From Candidatus Hydrogenedentota bacterium (GTDB lineage Bacteria; Hydrogenedentota; Hydrogenedentia; Hydrogenedentales; CAITNO01): 64,000 nucleotides of DNA. Positions 19,437 through 34,181 of the stretch are shown here, one piece after another; the stretch's first letter is position 1, and each line of letters opens with the position of its first letter. The DNA lies in the NCBI GenBank assembly GCA_012730105.1, contig JAAYBJ010000003.1, forward strand, positions 98,859 to 162,858, in the 5' to 3' direction. A program made the position numbers and the translations under genes. The notes beneath the pieces are model-generated. The model was given only the letters and a program-made list of their open reading frames with translations. It was not told the DNA's origin and did not search any database.

Positions 19437-20537
19437 ATGCTTCCGAGCCATTATCTGATTTTTATGTATCTGCTGGGCCTATCCTTTGTGATATCCCTGG
19501 CCCTGACGGCGGTAATGCGCCGACTGGCTTTCCGCTTGAACATACTGGATCATCCGGCTGGCCGGAAAAGCCACGCCCAACCCACGCCCCTGTTGGGGGG
19601 CGCGGCGATCTTTTTGACCTTTCATCTTGTCATCATCGCGCACCTGCTCTTTCTCGCGCTGGCCCGTCCCTATGGACCGGACTGGCTGGACGCGAACCTG
19701 TTCAGCGTCATGGGCGAAGATGGCGGTCTGAAGCTGTCGGGCATACTCATTGCCGGCACCCTGATCTTCCTGCTGGGCATCATTGATGACCTGCATGTGC
19801 TCTCTCCCTGGATGAAACTGGCGGGCCAGATCGGCGTCGCCCTGATTCTGGTGCTTTTCGGCATTCGCATCCAGGCCTTCATTTTTACGGACCCCGTGAG
19901 TTCGTCGCTGATCACTGTGTTCTGGATTGTGCTGATGATGAACAGCATGAATCTCCTGGACAACATGGACGGACTGTGCGGGGGGGTGTCCATTATCGCT
20001 GCGGCGACTTTTTTTCTCTGTGTGCAGCCCTACAGCATCTATATTGTGATACGCCTGCTGCTGGTTATCTTCGCCGGCGCCGTGGGCGGATTCCTTTTTT
20101 TCAACCTGCCGCCCGCCCGCATATTCATGGGAGATTCCGGCGCCATGTTCAGCGGCTATTTCCTCGCCACCATCGCAACCATCGGCACTTTCCATCTAGA
20201 GGGAACGGGCTCGCGCATTTCCGTCGTCGCGCCGCTCATGGCTCTGAGTGTTCCCCTCTTCGACACGCTGAGCGTCATGTATATCCGGTGGCGCAACGGG
20301 GATTCCATCATGCTGGGGGACAAGCGACACTTTTCTCACCGCCTCGTGGAGGTGGGCATGCGCCCATCAATGGCAGTGTACTTCATTTACATGGTGGCAG
20401 CGCTGGTAGGCCTCAACGGAGCGCTGTTGCCCAAACTCGATCTTGCGGGCACCGTCATCACTCTGGTACAGACGCTGGGCATTTTCCTGTTAATCGTACT
20501 GCTTATGAACGCCGGCAAACGGAACGGAGCCAGTTGA
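19437..20537 (+). CDS. WecA/TagO-like undecaprenyl-phosphate sugar-1-phosphate transferase
   Basis: RKSH..PTP..GG, GIIDD, NLLDNMDGL, FNLPPARIFMGDSG, HFSHRL. Confidence 0.9.
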   Translation: MLPSHYLIFMYLLGLSFVISLALTAVMRRLAFRLNILDHPAGRKSHAQPTPLLGGAAIFLTFHLVIIAHLLFLALARPYGPDWLDANLFSVMGEDGGLKLSGILIAGTLIFLLGIIDDLHVLSPWMKLAGQIGVALILVLFGIRIQAFIFTDPVSSSLITVFWIVLMMNSMNLLDNMDGLCGGVSIIAAATFFLCVQPYSIYIVIRLLLVIFAGAVGGFLFFNLPPARIFMGDSGAMFSGYFLATIATIGTFHLEGTGSRISVVAPLMALSVPLFDTLSVMYIRWRNGDSIMLGDKRHFSHRLVEVGMRPSMAVYFIYMVAALVGLNGALLPKLDLAGTVITLVQTLGIFLLIVLLMNAGKRNGAS

Positions 20538-20540
20538 CCT

Positions 20541-23510
20541 ATGGCAAAAAAGAAGTCCAACACCCCGGGCCGCAACCGAAACGCGGACAAGGGCGGGACA
20601 CTGGCAGCGGCGCCCGTTTGGGAGAATGAAAGCCCCGGTCGCTGGCCGGAGTCTCTCGCCCCCTGGCGTACCGCCCTGTTCATGGCAATCGCTTCCGGGG
20701 CGCTTGCCGCATTGGCCTACGGCGCGGCGGCGCTTGGCGGCTTCACCGCGCTGAAAATAACTTTGGCCGCATTGCTTGGCTCTGGCACACCCGAAAACGT
20801 ATACACCTCCAATTATGACATTGCCACGGTCATCTGGGGTCTGGGTTCTATCGCCCTCGCGGGATACGTTCACCCCGCGCTGGGCATAAGCCTGCTGGTG
20901 CTCGGCCGATCCTGGCTGGACGGCTACACCTTTCCCCTGGACAACATTTACTTTACGTGGAGCATTTACCTGCTCTGCATGCTGTGGGCGATACGCCTGC
21001 TCCGGTCAAAACGACCTCTTCACTTTCCCCCGCCCGTCCTTATATTCGCGGCGGTGATCGTGTGGATTTTCGCCACCGCGCCATTCTCCATCCAGTACTA
21101 CAATACCAGCCAGATGCTTTGGCTGTGGCTGGGATATGGACTCCTGTTTCTGCTGTGCCTGAACACATCCCGTGAATCTGGCGTATCGAACATCCTGCTG
21201 ACCGTCTTTCTGGTCGCGTTAGGCATGCAGGCGGTCTTCAGCATCCTGCATTTCGAATTTCTACTCCCTTACCTGCGCAAGATAGTGCAAAATCCAGCCG
21301 TATTGCGGCGTTACTTCAATACGGACGTAATTTCGCCGGAAATGGCGCGCCGCTTCATGGTAAACCGCGCGTTCGGTACGATGCTTTTCCCCAACGCCTT
21401 GGCCGCCTATCTGCTGCTGGGCATTCCGTTTGTCCTGTTTATGACCGTGCCCTATGGGCGCGCCTTCCTGGGCATGCTCAGGCAACTGCCCGCCGCCAAG
21501 ACTGAGCCAGAATCGCGCTTAGAGCGGGCTGTTATCCTGGGCATTGCCATTGCCTTTGGTTTCGGAGTATTTGTATTCATCCAGTTCGTTGCCTATTTTC
21601 CGATCGAGTACCGTGCCAACGCGACCGCTCTTCCCTTATACCTGCGGACGGTTCCCCTGTTCACCCTGTCATTGGCGGCGGGATGCGTCAGCGGCCTGGC
21701 TACCCTGTTCCTGCTGATGCGGCTGGGACTAAAGCGCTGGTGGGTGGGTTTGCGTTCCGTGGCAACTGTGATGCTCGCGGTTATTCTTCTCTACACCTTG
21801 TGGATCACCTATTCACGCGGCGCCTATCTTGCCCTGTTCGCTTCAGTGACCTGGGCCGGCATTGTCTATTATATCCCCCCGGCCCGTCTTCACCGGCTCA
21901 GCGCCCGATTTCGTAGGCGGGAAACGGCCGCCCTGCTGATCCTCCTGCCGACCCTTGCCTGCCTGTCCGTTATCCTTGTCCATGCGGTGACTTCCGGAAA
22001 TTCGTGGGCCCAGGATCCGAGCGCGGCTGCGGCTCAAGCCCCGGGCCCCTCCCCCGGCGCGATGCCGGTATCCCGTGGCGTGAAAGTAAACGAGGAGGGC
22101 ATCTCCCTGTCCATGAGCGATCTTGCCGACCCCGCCTCCTTCCGTTTGCGCCTCGGTTATTGGCGCGTGGCCCTGCGCATCGCGTTGCACCACTGGCTCA
22201 CGGGCACAGGGATAGGCAACTTTTCAATCGCTTACCCCCGTTATCAACATGTGGGCGCGGGAGACGTACGGGAAGCCCATAATGGCTTCCTGCAGTTTTT
22301 TGCGGACACAGGGGTCGTTGGCGGGGCCCTATTGCTGGCCTTCTGGGCATGGTTTGCCCTTTGGGGCGCCCGACGGATTATCCTTGAAGAATACCCACAT
22401 AAAAAGTTGTTCCTGCTCGGCATCTATGCCGGGTTGATTGCCTTCTGCATGCATGCTTTTGTGGACATCAATTTCAGCCATCCTTCCCTGATGATGCTTG
22501 CCATGGCCTGGGCAGGCTTGTTTTATGGACACGCCGCTGCCGCCCCGAATACGGACCCAAACCCGGAAGAACCCGTTCCCACCGGAAGGCGCCGCCTTGC
22601 CGCCCGCGCGACGGCCTGCCTGCTGCCGGTGATTATACTCGCCGCAATGGCGGGAAGCGCGCGGGTGTACTTCCAGCAGCTTTCCCTGAACCGAATGCGC
22701 TTCATCAATCTTTCCTGCGAAAGCGAGTTGAACCGTCGTATGGAAGCGGGCCTCTTTTTCTTTAAGGATCTTGCCCAATTTGCCTTCCGCCGGGACGCCG
22801 GTGAAAAAAATCTAACGCTGCCCCGTCTGCCACTGTCAAAAGCGTTGCTGATTGTAGACGATCTGGATGAACTGAAAAAGGGCTGCACCTTTTACAAGCC
22901 CATTCCGGATCAGGTCGGCCGCTTCGCCCGGATGGAAAAGGATGAACCGGTACCCATGAATGCCCTGGTAGCCGTCACCCGCCCCTGGATGGTGCGGGAA
23001 ATGGCCATCCGCTCCTGCCTGAAGTGGATTGAAGAACTGGAGCGCCAGGACAGGCGTTTTCCTCATTCGCCCATTTTGGCCCTGCATATCGTCCGATGGT
23101 ATGAACTCTATGCCAACTTAAACATGCCTGAATTCAGCGCCCAAGAACCCGAGTGGATTGCAAAGTACCTGAAATGGAGTGAAATCATGGTGCAGCGCAA
23201 CCCGTGTCATGCGGATATGCGGATGTTTTACACCAATTCTTTGATTTGGAAATTGCTGGAGGCGTACGGTACTGAAAAGGACGCCCTGCCCGCGAAAATC
23301 GAGGAAGAATACGAAACCATCCTCCAGTTGAGCCCGATTACGCCCCAACACAGGCATATGTACGCGGGGGCGCTGGATCAGTTGGCGGACAATGCTACAA
23401 AGCAGGGCTTGGAAACGGATGCGGCCGCATATCGTGAAAAAGCACAGAAACTGCGTGATGCGGTTAAAATTCTTGAAGAACAAAGGCGGGAAGCCCATCT
23501 TTATCAATAA
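20541..23510 (+). CDS. Large O-antigen ligase / oligosaccharyltransferase-family membrane protein
   Basis: RAFGT...PNALAAYL, TYSRGA, R..YW..AL, GTGIGNF, EAHNGFLQ...TG; many TMs; helical C-terminal domain. Confidence 0.8.
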   Translation: MAKKKSNTPGRNRNADKGGTLAAAPVWENESPGRWPESLAPWRTALFMAIASGALAALAYGAAALGGFTALKITLAALLGSGTPENVYTSNYDIATVIWGLGSIALAGYVHPALGISLLVLGRSWLDGYTFPLDNIYFTWSIYLLCMLWAIRLLRSKRPLHFPPPVLIFAAVIVWIFATAPFSIQYYNTSQMLWLWLGYGLLFLLCLNTSRESGVSNILLTVFLVALGMQAVFSILHFEFLLPYLRKIVQNPAVLRRYFNTDVISPEMARRFMVNRAFGTMLFPNALAAYLLLGIPFVLFMTVPYGRAFLGMLRQLPAAKTEPESRLERAVILGIAIAFGFGVFVFIQFVAYFPIEYRANATALPLYLRTVPLFTLSLAAGCVSGLATLFLLMRLGLKRWWVGLRSVATVMLAVILLYTLWITYSRGAYLALFASVTWAGIVYYIPPARLHRLSARFRRRETAALLILLPTLACLSVILVHAVTSGNSWAQDPSAAAAQAPGPSPGAMPVSRGVKVNEEGISLSMSDLADPASFRLRLGYWRVALRIALHHWLTGTGIGNFSIAYPRYQHVGAGDVREAHNGFLQFFADTGVVGGALLLAFWAWFALWGARRIILEEYPHKKLFLLGIYAGLIAFCMHAFVDINFSHPSLMMLAMAWAGLFYGHAAAAPNTDPNPEEPVPTGRRRLAARATACLLPVIILAAMAGSARVYFQQLSLNRMRFINLSCESELNRRMEAGLFFFKDLAQFAFRRDAGEKNLTLPRLPLSKALLIVDDLDELKKGCTFYKPIPDQVGRFARMEKDEPVPMNALVAVTRPWMVREMAIRSCLKWIEELERQDRRFPHSPILALHIVRWYELYANLNMPEFSAQEPEWIAKYLKWSEIMVQRNPCHADMRMFYTNSLIWKLLEAYGTEKDALPAKIEEEYETILQLSPITPQHRHMYAGALDQLADNATKQGLETDAAAYREKAQKLRDAVKILEEQRREAHLYQ

Positions 23511-23711
23511 AACGGGCGGTGGGTGTCCCAAAAAGTCCCGGGAGATTCGTTCTTGCGTTAGCGTTTTGTTTTCCAATTTTGTATAATGGGTAATTGAAAC
23601 GAAGGAGTTTGGGTATCTTTTTATTCGAAAGTGAAAATGAGCGCTTTTAGAGTAGGTAGATCATGTTTGCTTCTGTTGCCCCCCAATATACCACATAGAA
23701 AGGTCGTTGCA

Positions 23712-25064
23712 ATGAGAAAAGGTAGTTTACTTGTTATTTTGCTTTTAAGTGCTTTGGTAATAGGCGGATGCGGGCAGTCATCCAAGCCGACACCCCCCGC
23801 GGAACAAGCGGCCCCCGCGCCATCGGCCGCACCTGCCCAAGAAAGCCCGGCACCCGTGGAAACACCTGTCGGCGAGCCTGAGGCCAAGGAAGAGGTGCCT
23901 GCCGCAGAAGTCCCAGTGGCAACCGCGGCGCCGGACGCCCCGGCGGCAGCGGAAACACCTGCCCCTGTAGTGGAGGAAGGCGGCACCCCCAAACTCGTGG
24001 TCGCCGCCCCGGAATATAATTTTGGCAAAGTGGACAATGCGGAGACCGTCGAATGCGATTTCGTGCTGAAAAACGGCGGGACGGGCATGCTGAAGATTGA
24101 AAATGTCCGTGCCTCCTGTGGCTGCACCACCACCGCCCTGCCCAAGAACGATATTGCGCCCAACGAAGAAGTGTCGCTGCATGCGGTCTTGAATCTGAAA
24201 GGCCGCCAGGGACCGCAGACCAAGGCTATTACGGTTACCTCCAACGACCCGGAAACACCTTCGTTCCAGCTTCGCATTACGGGTGAAGCCATCGCGTCCA
24301 TATCCATCGAACCCATGGCCGTTCAATTCGGCCGTGTGGAAGACGACAATCCCCGGGAAGCCACGGTGACCATTCAGTCGCAAAAAGAAGGTGTCACCTT
24401 CAAGGTACTCTCCGCGGAACTGGACGGCCTTGATTTCATTACCCATGAACTCAAGGAAGTGGAACCGGGCAAAAAGTGGGAGATGAGCATCAAGACCAGC
24501 GCCAACCTGCCGGTTGGCAATCATAACGGCCGCTTCATCATTCGCACCGACTCCGCGGAACGCGCCGTGCTCTGGCTTCCCGTGAGCCTGCAGGTGATCG
24601 GCGCCCTCCAGATTATGCCTCCTGTGGTAAATATCCGATTCAGCGAAAATGACGGTGAAATGGAGCAGCAACAACTTAGCATTACCGCCGGCCGGGTCGC
24701 CGAATTCAAGATCAATGAAGTGATTGTTCCCCTGGACACCATCCAGCATGAGCTGATAGAAGCCGGCCCGAATGCCTACCGGTTGCGCCTGTCCAACATG
24801 CCCCGCACCGACGCGCTGGAAGGCAAGAACATTATCCTGCGCACAAACCTGACTGAAACGCCCGAAGTAACCATTCCTTTCAACATCTACAAACCGCGCG
24901 TGCGCCCGATGGCGCCACCCGTCAAAGCCCCGGCGCAACCGCCCGCGGGCGTGCCCGATGTGGCCAATGCACCCGCGCAACCGGCGACAGCCGCACCTGC
25001 GCCTGAAGCTGCTCCTGCGCCCGCACCGGCCCCTGAAGCCGCGCCGGCGCCCGCACAGCAATAG
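23712..25064 (+). CDS. DUF1573-domain lipoprotein with Pro/Ala-rich termini
   Basis: Lipobox-like IGGC; YNFGKV, N.G...L.I..V.ASCGCT, V.SNDP. Confidence 0.8.
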   Translation: MRKGSLLVILLLSALVIGGCGQSSKPTPPAEQAAPAPSAAPAQESPAPVETPVGEPEAKEEVPAAEVPVATAAPDAPAAAETPAPVVEEGGTPKLVVAAPEYNFGKVDNAETVECDFVLKNGGTGMLKIENVRASCGCTTTALPKNDIAPNEEVSLHAVLNLKGRQGPQTKAITVTSNDPETPSFQLRITGEAIASISIEPMAVQFGRVEDDNPREATVTIQSQKEGVTFKVLSAELDGLDFITHELKEVEPGKKWEMSIKTSANLPVGNHNGRFIIRTDSAERAVLWLPVSLQVIGALQIMPPVVNIRFSENDGEMEQQQLSITAGRVAEFKINEVIVPLDTIQHELIEAGPNAYRLRLSNMPRTDALEGKNIILRTNLTETPEVTIPFNIYKPRVRPMAPPVKAPAQPPAGVPDVANAPAQPATAAPAPEAAPAPAPAPEAAPAPAQQ

Positions 25065-25098
25065 TGGATGAAACCTTTCCGTATTTGAATAGAGTCAA

Positions 25099-25133
25099 AG
25101 CCCCGGGAGAATGTCTTCCCGGGGCTCTTCTTT
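25099..25133 (+). terminator. Probable intrinsic terminator
   Basis: AGCCCCGGGA/TCCCGGGGCT perfect stem followed by CTTCTTT. Confidence 0.65.
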
Positions 25134-25237
25134 GGGCCTACCGCGACAAAAAACGCCCTTTGCGACAACGCCGATCCTTTTATGGAGTGTTTGCAGAACA
25201 GAATCTGCTACTTGTAAAAAAAGAGGAGAACTTGCTG

Positions 25238-26686
25238 ATGTGCCGAAATAAAATGTTTGGACTTTTTACGCTGTTTATGGCCTTCCTGCTGTCGACTGCC
25301 TTATCCGCCTACGCGAACAACCTGCGCGTTACGGAGAACCTTACCCCCCTCGATGAATATGTGGCCGCCCCGGACGCCAATTTCCGCTATGAATTGAAAC
25401 ACACCCACCAGGGTGACGGATGGAAGGGCCATGTGCTGCACATGGTTTCCCAGACCTGGCTGACACCGGACAAGGTGGATCGCACCGAGTGGGAGCACTG
25501 GCTGGTGGTGCTGGTTCCAGACAAACCCGCCAAAACGACGGGGCTGCTGCTCATCGGCGGCGGGGGCAACGGCGGCAACATGCCGCGCGGCGCCGATGCC
25601 AATCTCAGGCGCATTGTACGGGAGACCAATACCGTTGCCGCGCAAATTCACCAGGTGCCCAACCAGCCGCTTATCTTCGCCGATGACGGCCGGCGGCGCA
25701 GCGAAGACGCCATCATCGCCCACAACTGGGACAAGTATCTGCGGACCGGCGACCCCATGTGGATCACCCGCCTGCCCATGACCAAGAGTGCTGTGCGCGC
25801 CATGGACGCGATACAGGCGTTTTGCGCGAGCGATGAGGGCGGCAACGTGCAGGTGGACAACTTTGTCGTGGCCGGCGCGTCGAAACGCGGCTGGACCACC
25901 TGGACCACCGCCGCCGTGGACAAGCGCGTCGTCGCCTGCGTACCCATCGTCATCGACCTGCTCAACCTTACCCCGTCGTTTGTTCACCACTACGAGGTAT
26001 ACGGATTCTGGGCGCCCGCCATTGACGACTACGTGGAATCCGGGATTATGGAATGGCTCGGTTCTCCCGAATGGGATGCTATGCTCGCCATCAACGACCC
26101 CTACAGTTACCGCGACCGGCTTACCATGCCCAAGTTGATCCTGAACGGCGCGGGCGACCAGTTCTTCCTGAACGATTCCTGGCAGTTCTACTGGGACGAT
26201 CTGAAAGGTCCGAAATACCTGCGCTATGCGCCCAATGCCGGACATGGCATGGACAACGCCGATGCGGCCGGCACGGTGGTGGCCTTCTACAAATCCATTT
26301 TGGACGGCGCTCCGTTGCCGGAATATGAATGGTCCTTCCCAGACGGTGAAACCGTCCGCGTGACTACCAAAACCCCACCCACGGTTGTAAAATTGTGGCA
26401 GGCAACCAACCCCGAAAAATGGGATTTCCGTTTGGATGCCCTGGGGCCGGTATGGACGGAAACCGTACTGGAGCCCGACGCCGATGGTTCCTATACAGGC
26501 CGGGTGGCCAAGCCGGAAAATGGATACACGGCCTATCTGGTGGAACTGACCTTTCCCGGGCCGGGGGAAGACCCCCTGGTGCTGACTACGCCCACGCGTA
26601 TCACCCCGAACACCCCCCAGCACAAGATCGAGATGAAAACAGCATGGCCCAACGGGTTTATCTCAGGGAAAAAGTCGGACCAGTAA
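25238..26686 (+). CDS. pqaA: PqaA-family secreted alpha/beta hydrolase-like protein
   Basis: PNQPL, EDAIIA, LPMTKSAVRAMD, GASKRGWTTW, DQFFL.D; signal peptide. Confidence 0.85.
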   Translation: MCRNKMFGLFTLFMAFLLSTALSAYANNLRVTENLTPLDEYVAAPDANFRYELKHTHQGDGWKGHVLHMVSQTWLTPDKVDRTEWEHWLVVLVPDKPAKTTGLLLIGGGGNGGNMPRGADANLRRIVRETNTVAAQIHQVPNQPLIFADDGRRRSEDAIIAHNWDKYLRTGDPMWITRLPMTKSAVRAMDAIQAFCASDEGGNVQVDNFVVAGASKRGWTTWTTAAVDKRVVACVPIVIDLLNLTPSFVHHYEVYGFWAPAIDDYVESGIMEWLGSPEWDAMLAINDPYSYRDRLTMPKLILNGAGDQFFLNDSWQFYWDDLKGPKYLRYAPNAGHGMDNADAAGTVVAFYKSILDGAPLPEYEWSFPDGETVRVTTKTPPTVVKLWQATNPEKWDFRLDALGPVWTETVLEPDADGSYTGRVAKPENGYTAYLVELTFPGPGEDPLVLTTPTRITPNTPQHKIEMKTAWPNGFISGKKSDQ

Positions 26687-26725
26687 CCTGAAAGACATGC
26701 GTCCGCTGTTCTCATGGACAGTATG

Positions 26726-26763
26726 GACGGTCGGGCGTGGCCTTTTTGCCACGCCCGGCCGTC
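26726..26763. terminator. Hairpin between convergent genes, probable bidirectional terminator
   Basis: GACGGTCGGGCGTGGC/GCCACGCCCGGCCGTC stem followed by TTATTTTT. Confidence 0.75.
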
Positions 26764-26772
26764 TTATTTTTA

Positions 26773-31092
<4,320 letters not shown>

Positions 31093-31657
31093 GGAAAATT
31101 CCTCCTCGTATGAGTGCCTCGTTTTCGGAGTACCACTATCAAAGAACAAATTGTGCAGATTGTTTACGCTTTAGCGCTCATCCCAAGGGCGGTAACACTA
31201 AAATGTGAACAACATACTTTTGAAACATGCTCCGGCCTGCGGGTAACACCCGCGCTGCGTTGTCATCTTTATAAAAACTTCCAGACTGTTTCTATTATAA
31301 CACTTGTCGCCTGACAATGCTTGACATTTACACGCGTTTGGAATCCTGAAAGTCACACAAAGCCTGCCGCCTCACAGAAATTCGTATTTATCGCAGAAGA
31401 AAAATCTAGTGGTAAAACCAAAAACACGTGCGAGGGCGCTATCGTGCCTGAATAGCGCTGCTTTTGCTCGAACCCATGGCAGGTAAATATCAGAAGTTGC
31501 GCAGGAAGGTCTTAGAAGGAATGCTCAGGGGGCAAAGATGAACGGATGCCGTAAATTGTCACGTGATAGGCACGAGAGCGGATAGGCGAGTTTTAAAGAT
31601 GGCGGGGAAAACACCCAAAAACCCGCCAAAGCCCCTGTAAATCAGCATTTTTTTAAC

Positions 31658-31735
31658 TGGTCGGGGTGAGAGGATTCGAACCTCCGGCCTCTTCGTCCCG
31701 AACGAAGCGCGCTAACCGGACTGCGCTACACCCCG
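31658..31735 (-). tRNA. tRNA-Pro(CGG)
   Basis: Reverse complement CGGGGTGTAGCGCAGTCCGGTTAGCGCGCTTCGTTCGGGACGAAGAGGCCGGAGGTTCGAATCCTCTCACCCCGACCA: cloverleaf, CGG anticodon, encoded CCA. Confidence 0.97.
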
Positions 31736-31749
31736 ACAGTGATGTCAAG

Positions 31750-31779
31750 AGTATACATGATATGAATGGAAGGTATCAA
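31750..31779 (-). promoter_or_regulatory. Putative tRNA promoter
   Basis: TTGATA-N18-TATACT, 15 nt upstream of the tRNA. Confidence 0.55.
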
Positions 31780-31859
31780 ACCAGCGATTTGCCCCTGCTT
31801 AGCCCCGGTGCCGATTTGGGACCGCTGCAATTATCCGTTTCTGATCTTCTCGCATGAAT

Positions 31860-32936
31860 CTACGCCTGCACTTCCATGGACGCGGAAAGAAAGCGCCTCA
31901 TTACGGGCAGATCAGGGTCATATAGACGCGCCAGAAGCTGCTCGGCGGCGCTTCTGCCGATTTCCTGACCGGGTTGACAGGCATGAAGCAGGGGAGAGTC
32001 CAATCCGGCAGCAAGGGACATGTCATCCACGAAGGCCAGATCAATTTGTTGAGGAACCCGCAAATGAAGACGGTCGAGTTCCTGCAGCACGACCGCGGCA
32101 AGCGCGCCGTTGACGCATAAAAAGGCGCTCGGTGGGTGGCGACGCTTTATGATCTGCATCACCGCGCAATGCACGGCGCCGGTTTCATCAGGATTCACCT
32201 CGCCCAGGCAATCCTTGCTGAAACTCAGGCAATGTTCCGCCAGAGCACGCTTGAAGCCGGCAAAACGGTCACGGGTACTGGAAACATCATTGGGCACAGA
32301 GATAAAGGCGAACTTGCGGTGGCCCCGTTGAATCATCCTGACGGTCAACTCGTATAACATGGTCTCATTGTCGGTCACCACGAAATCCCACTCCGTACCG
32401 CGCACATAGCGGTCCACCTGCACCACGGGAAAGCGGCGCTGACTCAGGGTGTTCAAAGCGGAGGCGACCATCGGCGTATCGTGCCGAAGCCAGATCGCAA
32501 GGCCCGCGATGCCCGTTTCCGGAGCTTTCAACAGGAAGGCGGACTCCTCCGCTTCGTCAAACCGAACCGTGTAGATCATGCTGTTCACTTCCTGCCAGGC
32601 GGCATAGCGCATGAAACCATCGGCGATTTCACGTTCAAAGGGGTTGAGATATCGGGGAAGAACAATGCCCAAGGTAGGCCCTTTGCCAATACAAAAGGCT
32701 TGCCTTCGCCCGGAAGGCGGCGCAACCACAGAGCGGCACCCCTGGGAACGCGCCACATAGCCTTCCACCGCGAGGTCATGCAAAACACGGCGGGGCCAAT
32801 TGCGGTTCACATGAAAACGCGCCGCCAGTTCATGCTCGGACGGCAATTTGGCGCCTTCAGGCAGCCGGCCGCTTTCAATCAAGCCTAGTAAATATTCTTT
32901 GATGTGCCCATATAAGACCTTGTTATCGTCTTTCAT
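31860..32936 (-). CDS. GntR-HTH / LacI-type sugar-binding transcriptional regulator (AraR-like)
   Basis: KLPSEHELA..F.V.R HTH followed by a periplasmic-binding fold (PVVQVDR, V.TDN, RF.GFK). Confidence 0.85.
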   Translation of the reverse strand: MKDDNKVLYGHIKEYLLGLIESGRLPEGAKLPSEHELAARFHVNRNWPRRVLHDLAVEGYVARSQGCRSVVAPPSGRRQAFCIGKGPTLGIVLPRYLNPFEREIADGFMRYAAWQEVNSMIYTVRFDEAEESAFLLKAPETGIAGLAIWLRHDTPMVASALNTLSQRRFPVVQVDRYVRGTEWDFVVTDNETMLYELTVRMIQRGHRKFAFISVPNDVSSTRDRFAGFKRALAEHCLSFSKDCLGEVNPDETGAVHCAVMQIIKRRHPPSAFLCVNGALAAVVLQELDRLHLRVPQQIDLAFVDDMSLAAGLDSPLLHACQPGQEIGRSAAEQLLARLYDPDLPVMRRFLSASMEVQA

Positions 32937-33075
32937 GTCGTCGTTATCCCTAGGATGCCATTCTCTCATAGGATCCGGCAAAAGACATGGTACCAAGTAT
33001 AGAACATGAAAAGAAAGGCGTCGGCTACACCGGGACATTGAAGTTGCGGCAGCGGAAAGACCCGTACCCCCCGCG

Positions 33076-33969
33076 TCAGGAAGATGCAACGGCAACCTCG
33101 TTAATTTTTGCCATGACTTCGTCGAGCTGGGCGGGACTCATGAAACCAATGGTCATGGCATCGACAAGGCCCAGATTACCCACAAAGCGAATGGATTCCC
33201 CCATTTTCGCCACCACTTCAGGAGCGCCTTCGCCCAGAATTTTCATGCCCAGCAGGCCTTTCCCGGCAGCGTGAATTTTTTCCAGGACGGGCACCACCTG
33301 CTCCACGGGCCCGTCCATATTTACACCGAAGGGATTGATCCGCGCGAGGACGACATCGCACCAAGGCTCGTCCGCGGCGCGTTCCAGTGCCTGAAAGGAA
33401 TGGCAGGAAACACCGTGGGCTTTAATCTGGCCTTTGGCTTTAGCCGCCTCCAGCACGTCCATGGCCGGCCGGAGCGTTTCAGGCCAGTTCTCCTCCCCTT
33501 GCCGCAAACAATGCATCAGAATCACGTCAATACAATCGACATCGAGCTCGCGCCGCATGCGCTCCAGATCGCTTTTGACGGTTTCCGGTTCGCGATGCCA
33601 CACTTTGCTCAGCAGCATAACTTTGTCCCGGGGTATCGAGCCGCGCAAGGCCATGTGCATATACGGATGGGAGCCGTACCGGTCCGCCATGTCAAAGTAG
33701 GTAATCCCCTTGGAATAGGCATATTCCAGCAGTTCGATAATCTGCCTTCCCGACAGGTTAAGGGTCTGGTCGGTAATGCCGAAGGCCTGTCCCCGAATAC
33801 CGGTACCGATGCCGAGATAGGAACACTGCAACCCTGTATTCCCGAGCGTTCGCATATCCGTCGCGCGGGAAACGGGGATTGCCGCCGCCCCGCGCGTCCC
33901 GAGGGAAACGCCTGTTGCCACTAGGCCTGCGGCCAGGGACATGAATTCGCGCCGGTTGTAATTGGCCAT
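33076..33969 (-). CDS. Tat-exported aldo/keto reductase
   Basis: NRREFM Tat motif; R.LGNTGL, FDMADRYGS, GVSCH. Confidence 0.85.
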   Translation of the reverse strand: MANYNRREFMSLAAGLVATGVSLGTRGAAAIPVSRATDMRTLGNTGLQCSYLGIGTGIRGQAFGITDQTLNLSGRQIIELLEYAYSKGITYFDMADRYGSHPYMHMALRGSIPRDKVMLLSKVWHREPETVKSDLERMRRELDVDCIDVILMHCLRQGEENWPETLRPAMDVLEAAKAKGQIKAHGVSCHSFQALERAADEPWCDVVLARINPFGVNMDGPVEQVVPVLEKIHAAGKGLLGMKILGEGAPEVVAKMGESIRFVGNLGLVDAMTIGFMSPAQLDEVMAKINEVAVASS

Positions 33970-34181
33970 ACTAAGTTCCTTGTTAAAATGTTCTTCACCC
34001 TACAGGGCGTTGTATCACCGTGGGAACATCTATCGGATACCAAAAAGTATAAACTGGAACATGGGTGAAAGAAAAATGGCGGCCGGGAATCTTTTCCCCG
34101 TTTATATGTTATACTTTTATGGGTGTTCCTTTTTGAAATCTGGGATTGTATCAATAGTTGTAGTAAGGGAATGGAAGTGCC

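Noticed and set aside
24925-25060. Repetitive GC-rich DNA at the end of the DUF1573 gene
   Set aside because: Explained by Ala/Pro codons (APAPEAAPAP), not an independent DNA repeat
25238-26686. PqaA as a sign of pathogenicity
   Set aside because: The name is historical; the family is common in environmental bacteria
31100-31400. c-di-GMP riboswitch upstream of the S8 protease
   Set aside because: No GEMM consensus (GGCAAA..GAAA..GACGCAAAG) on either strand
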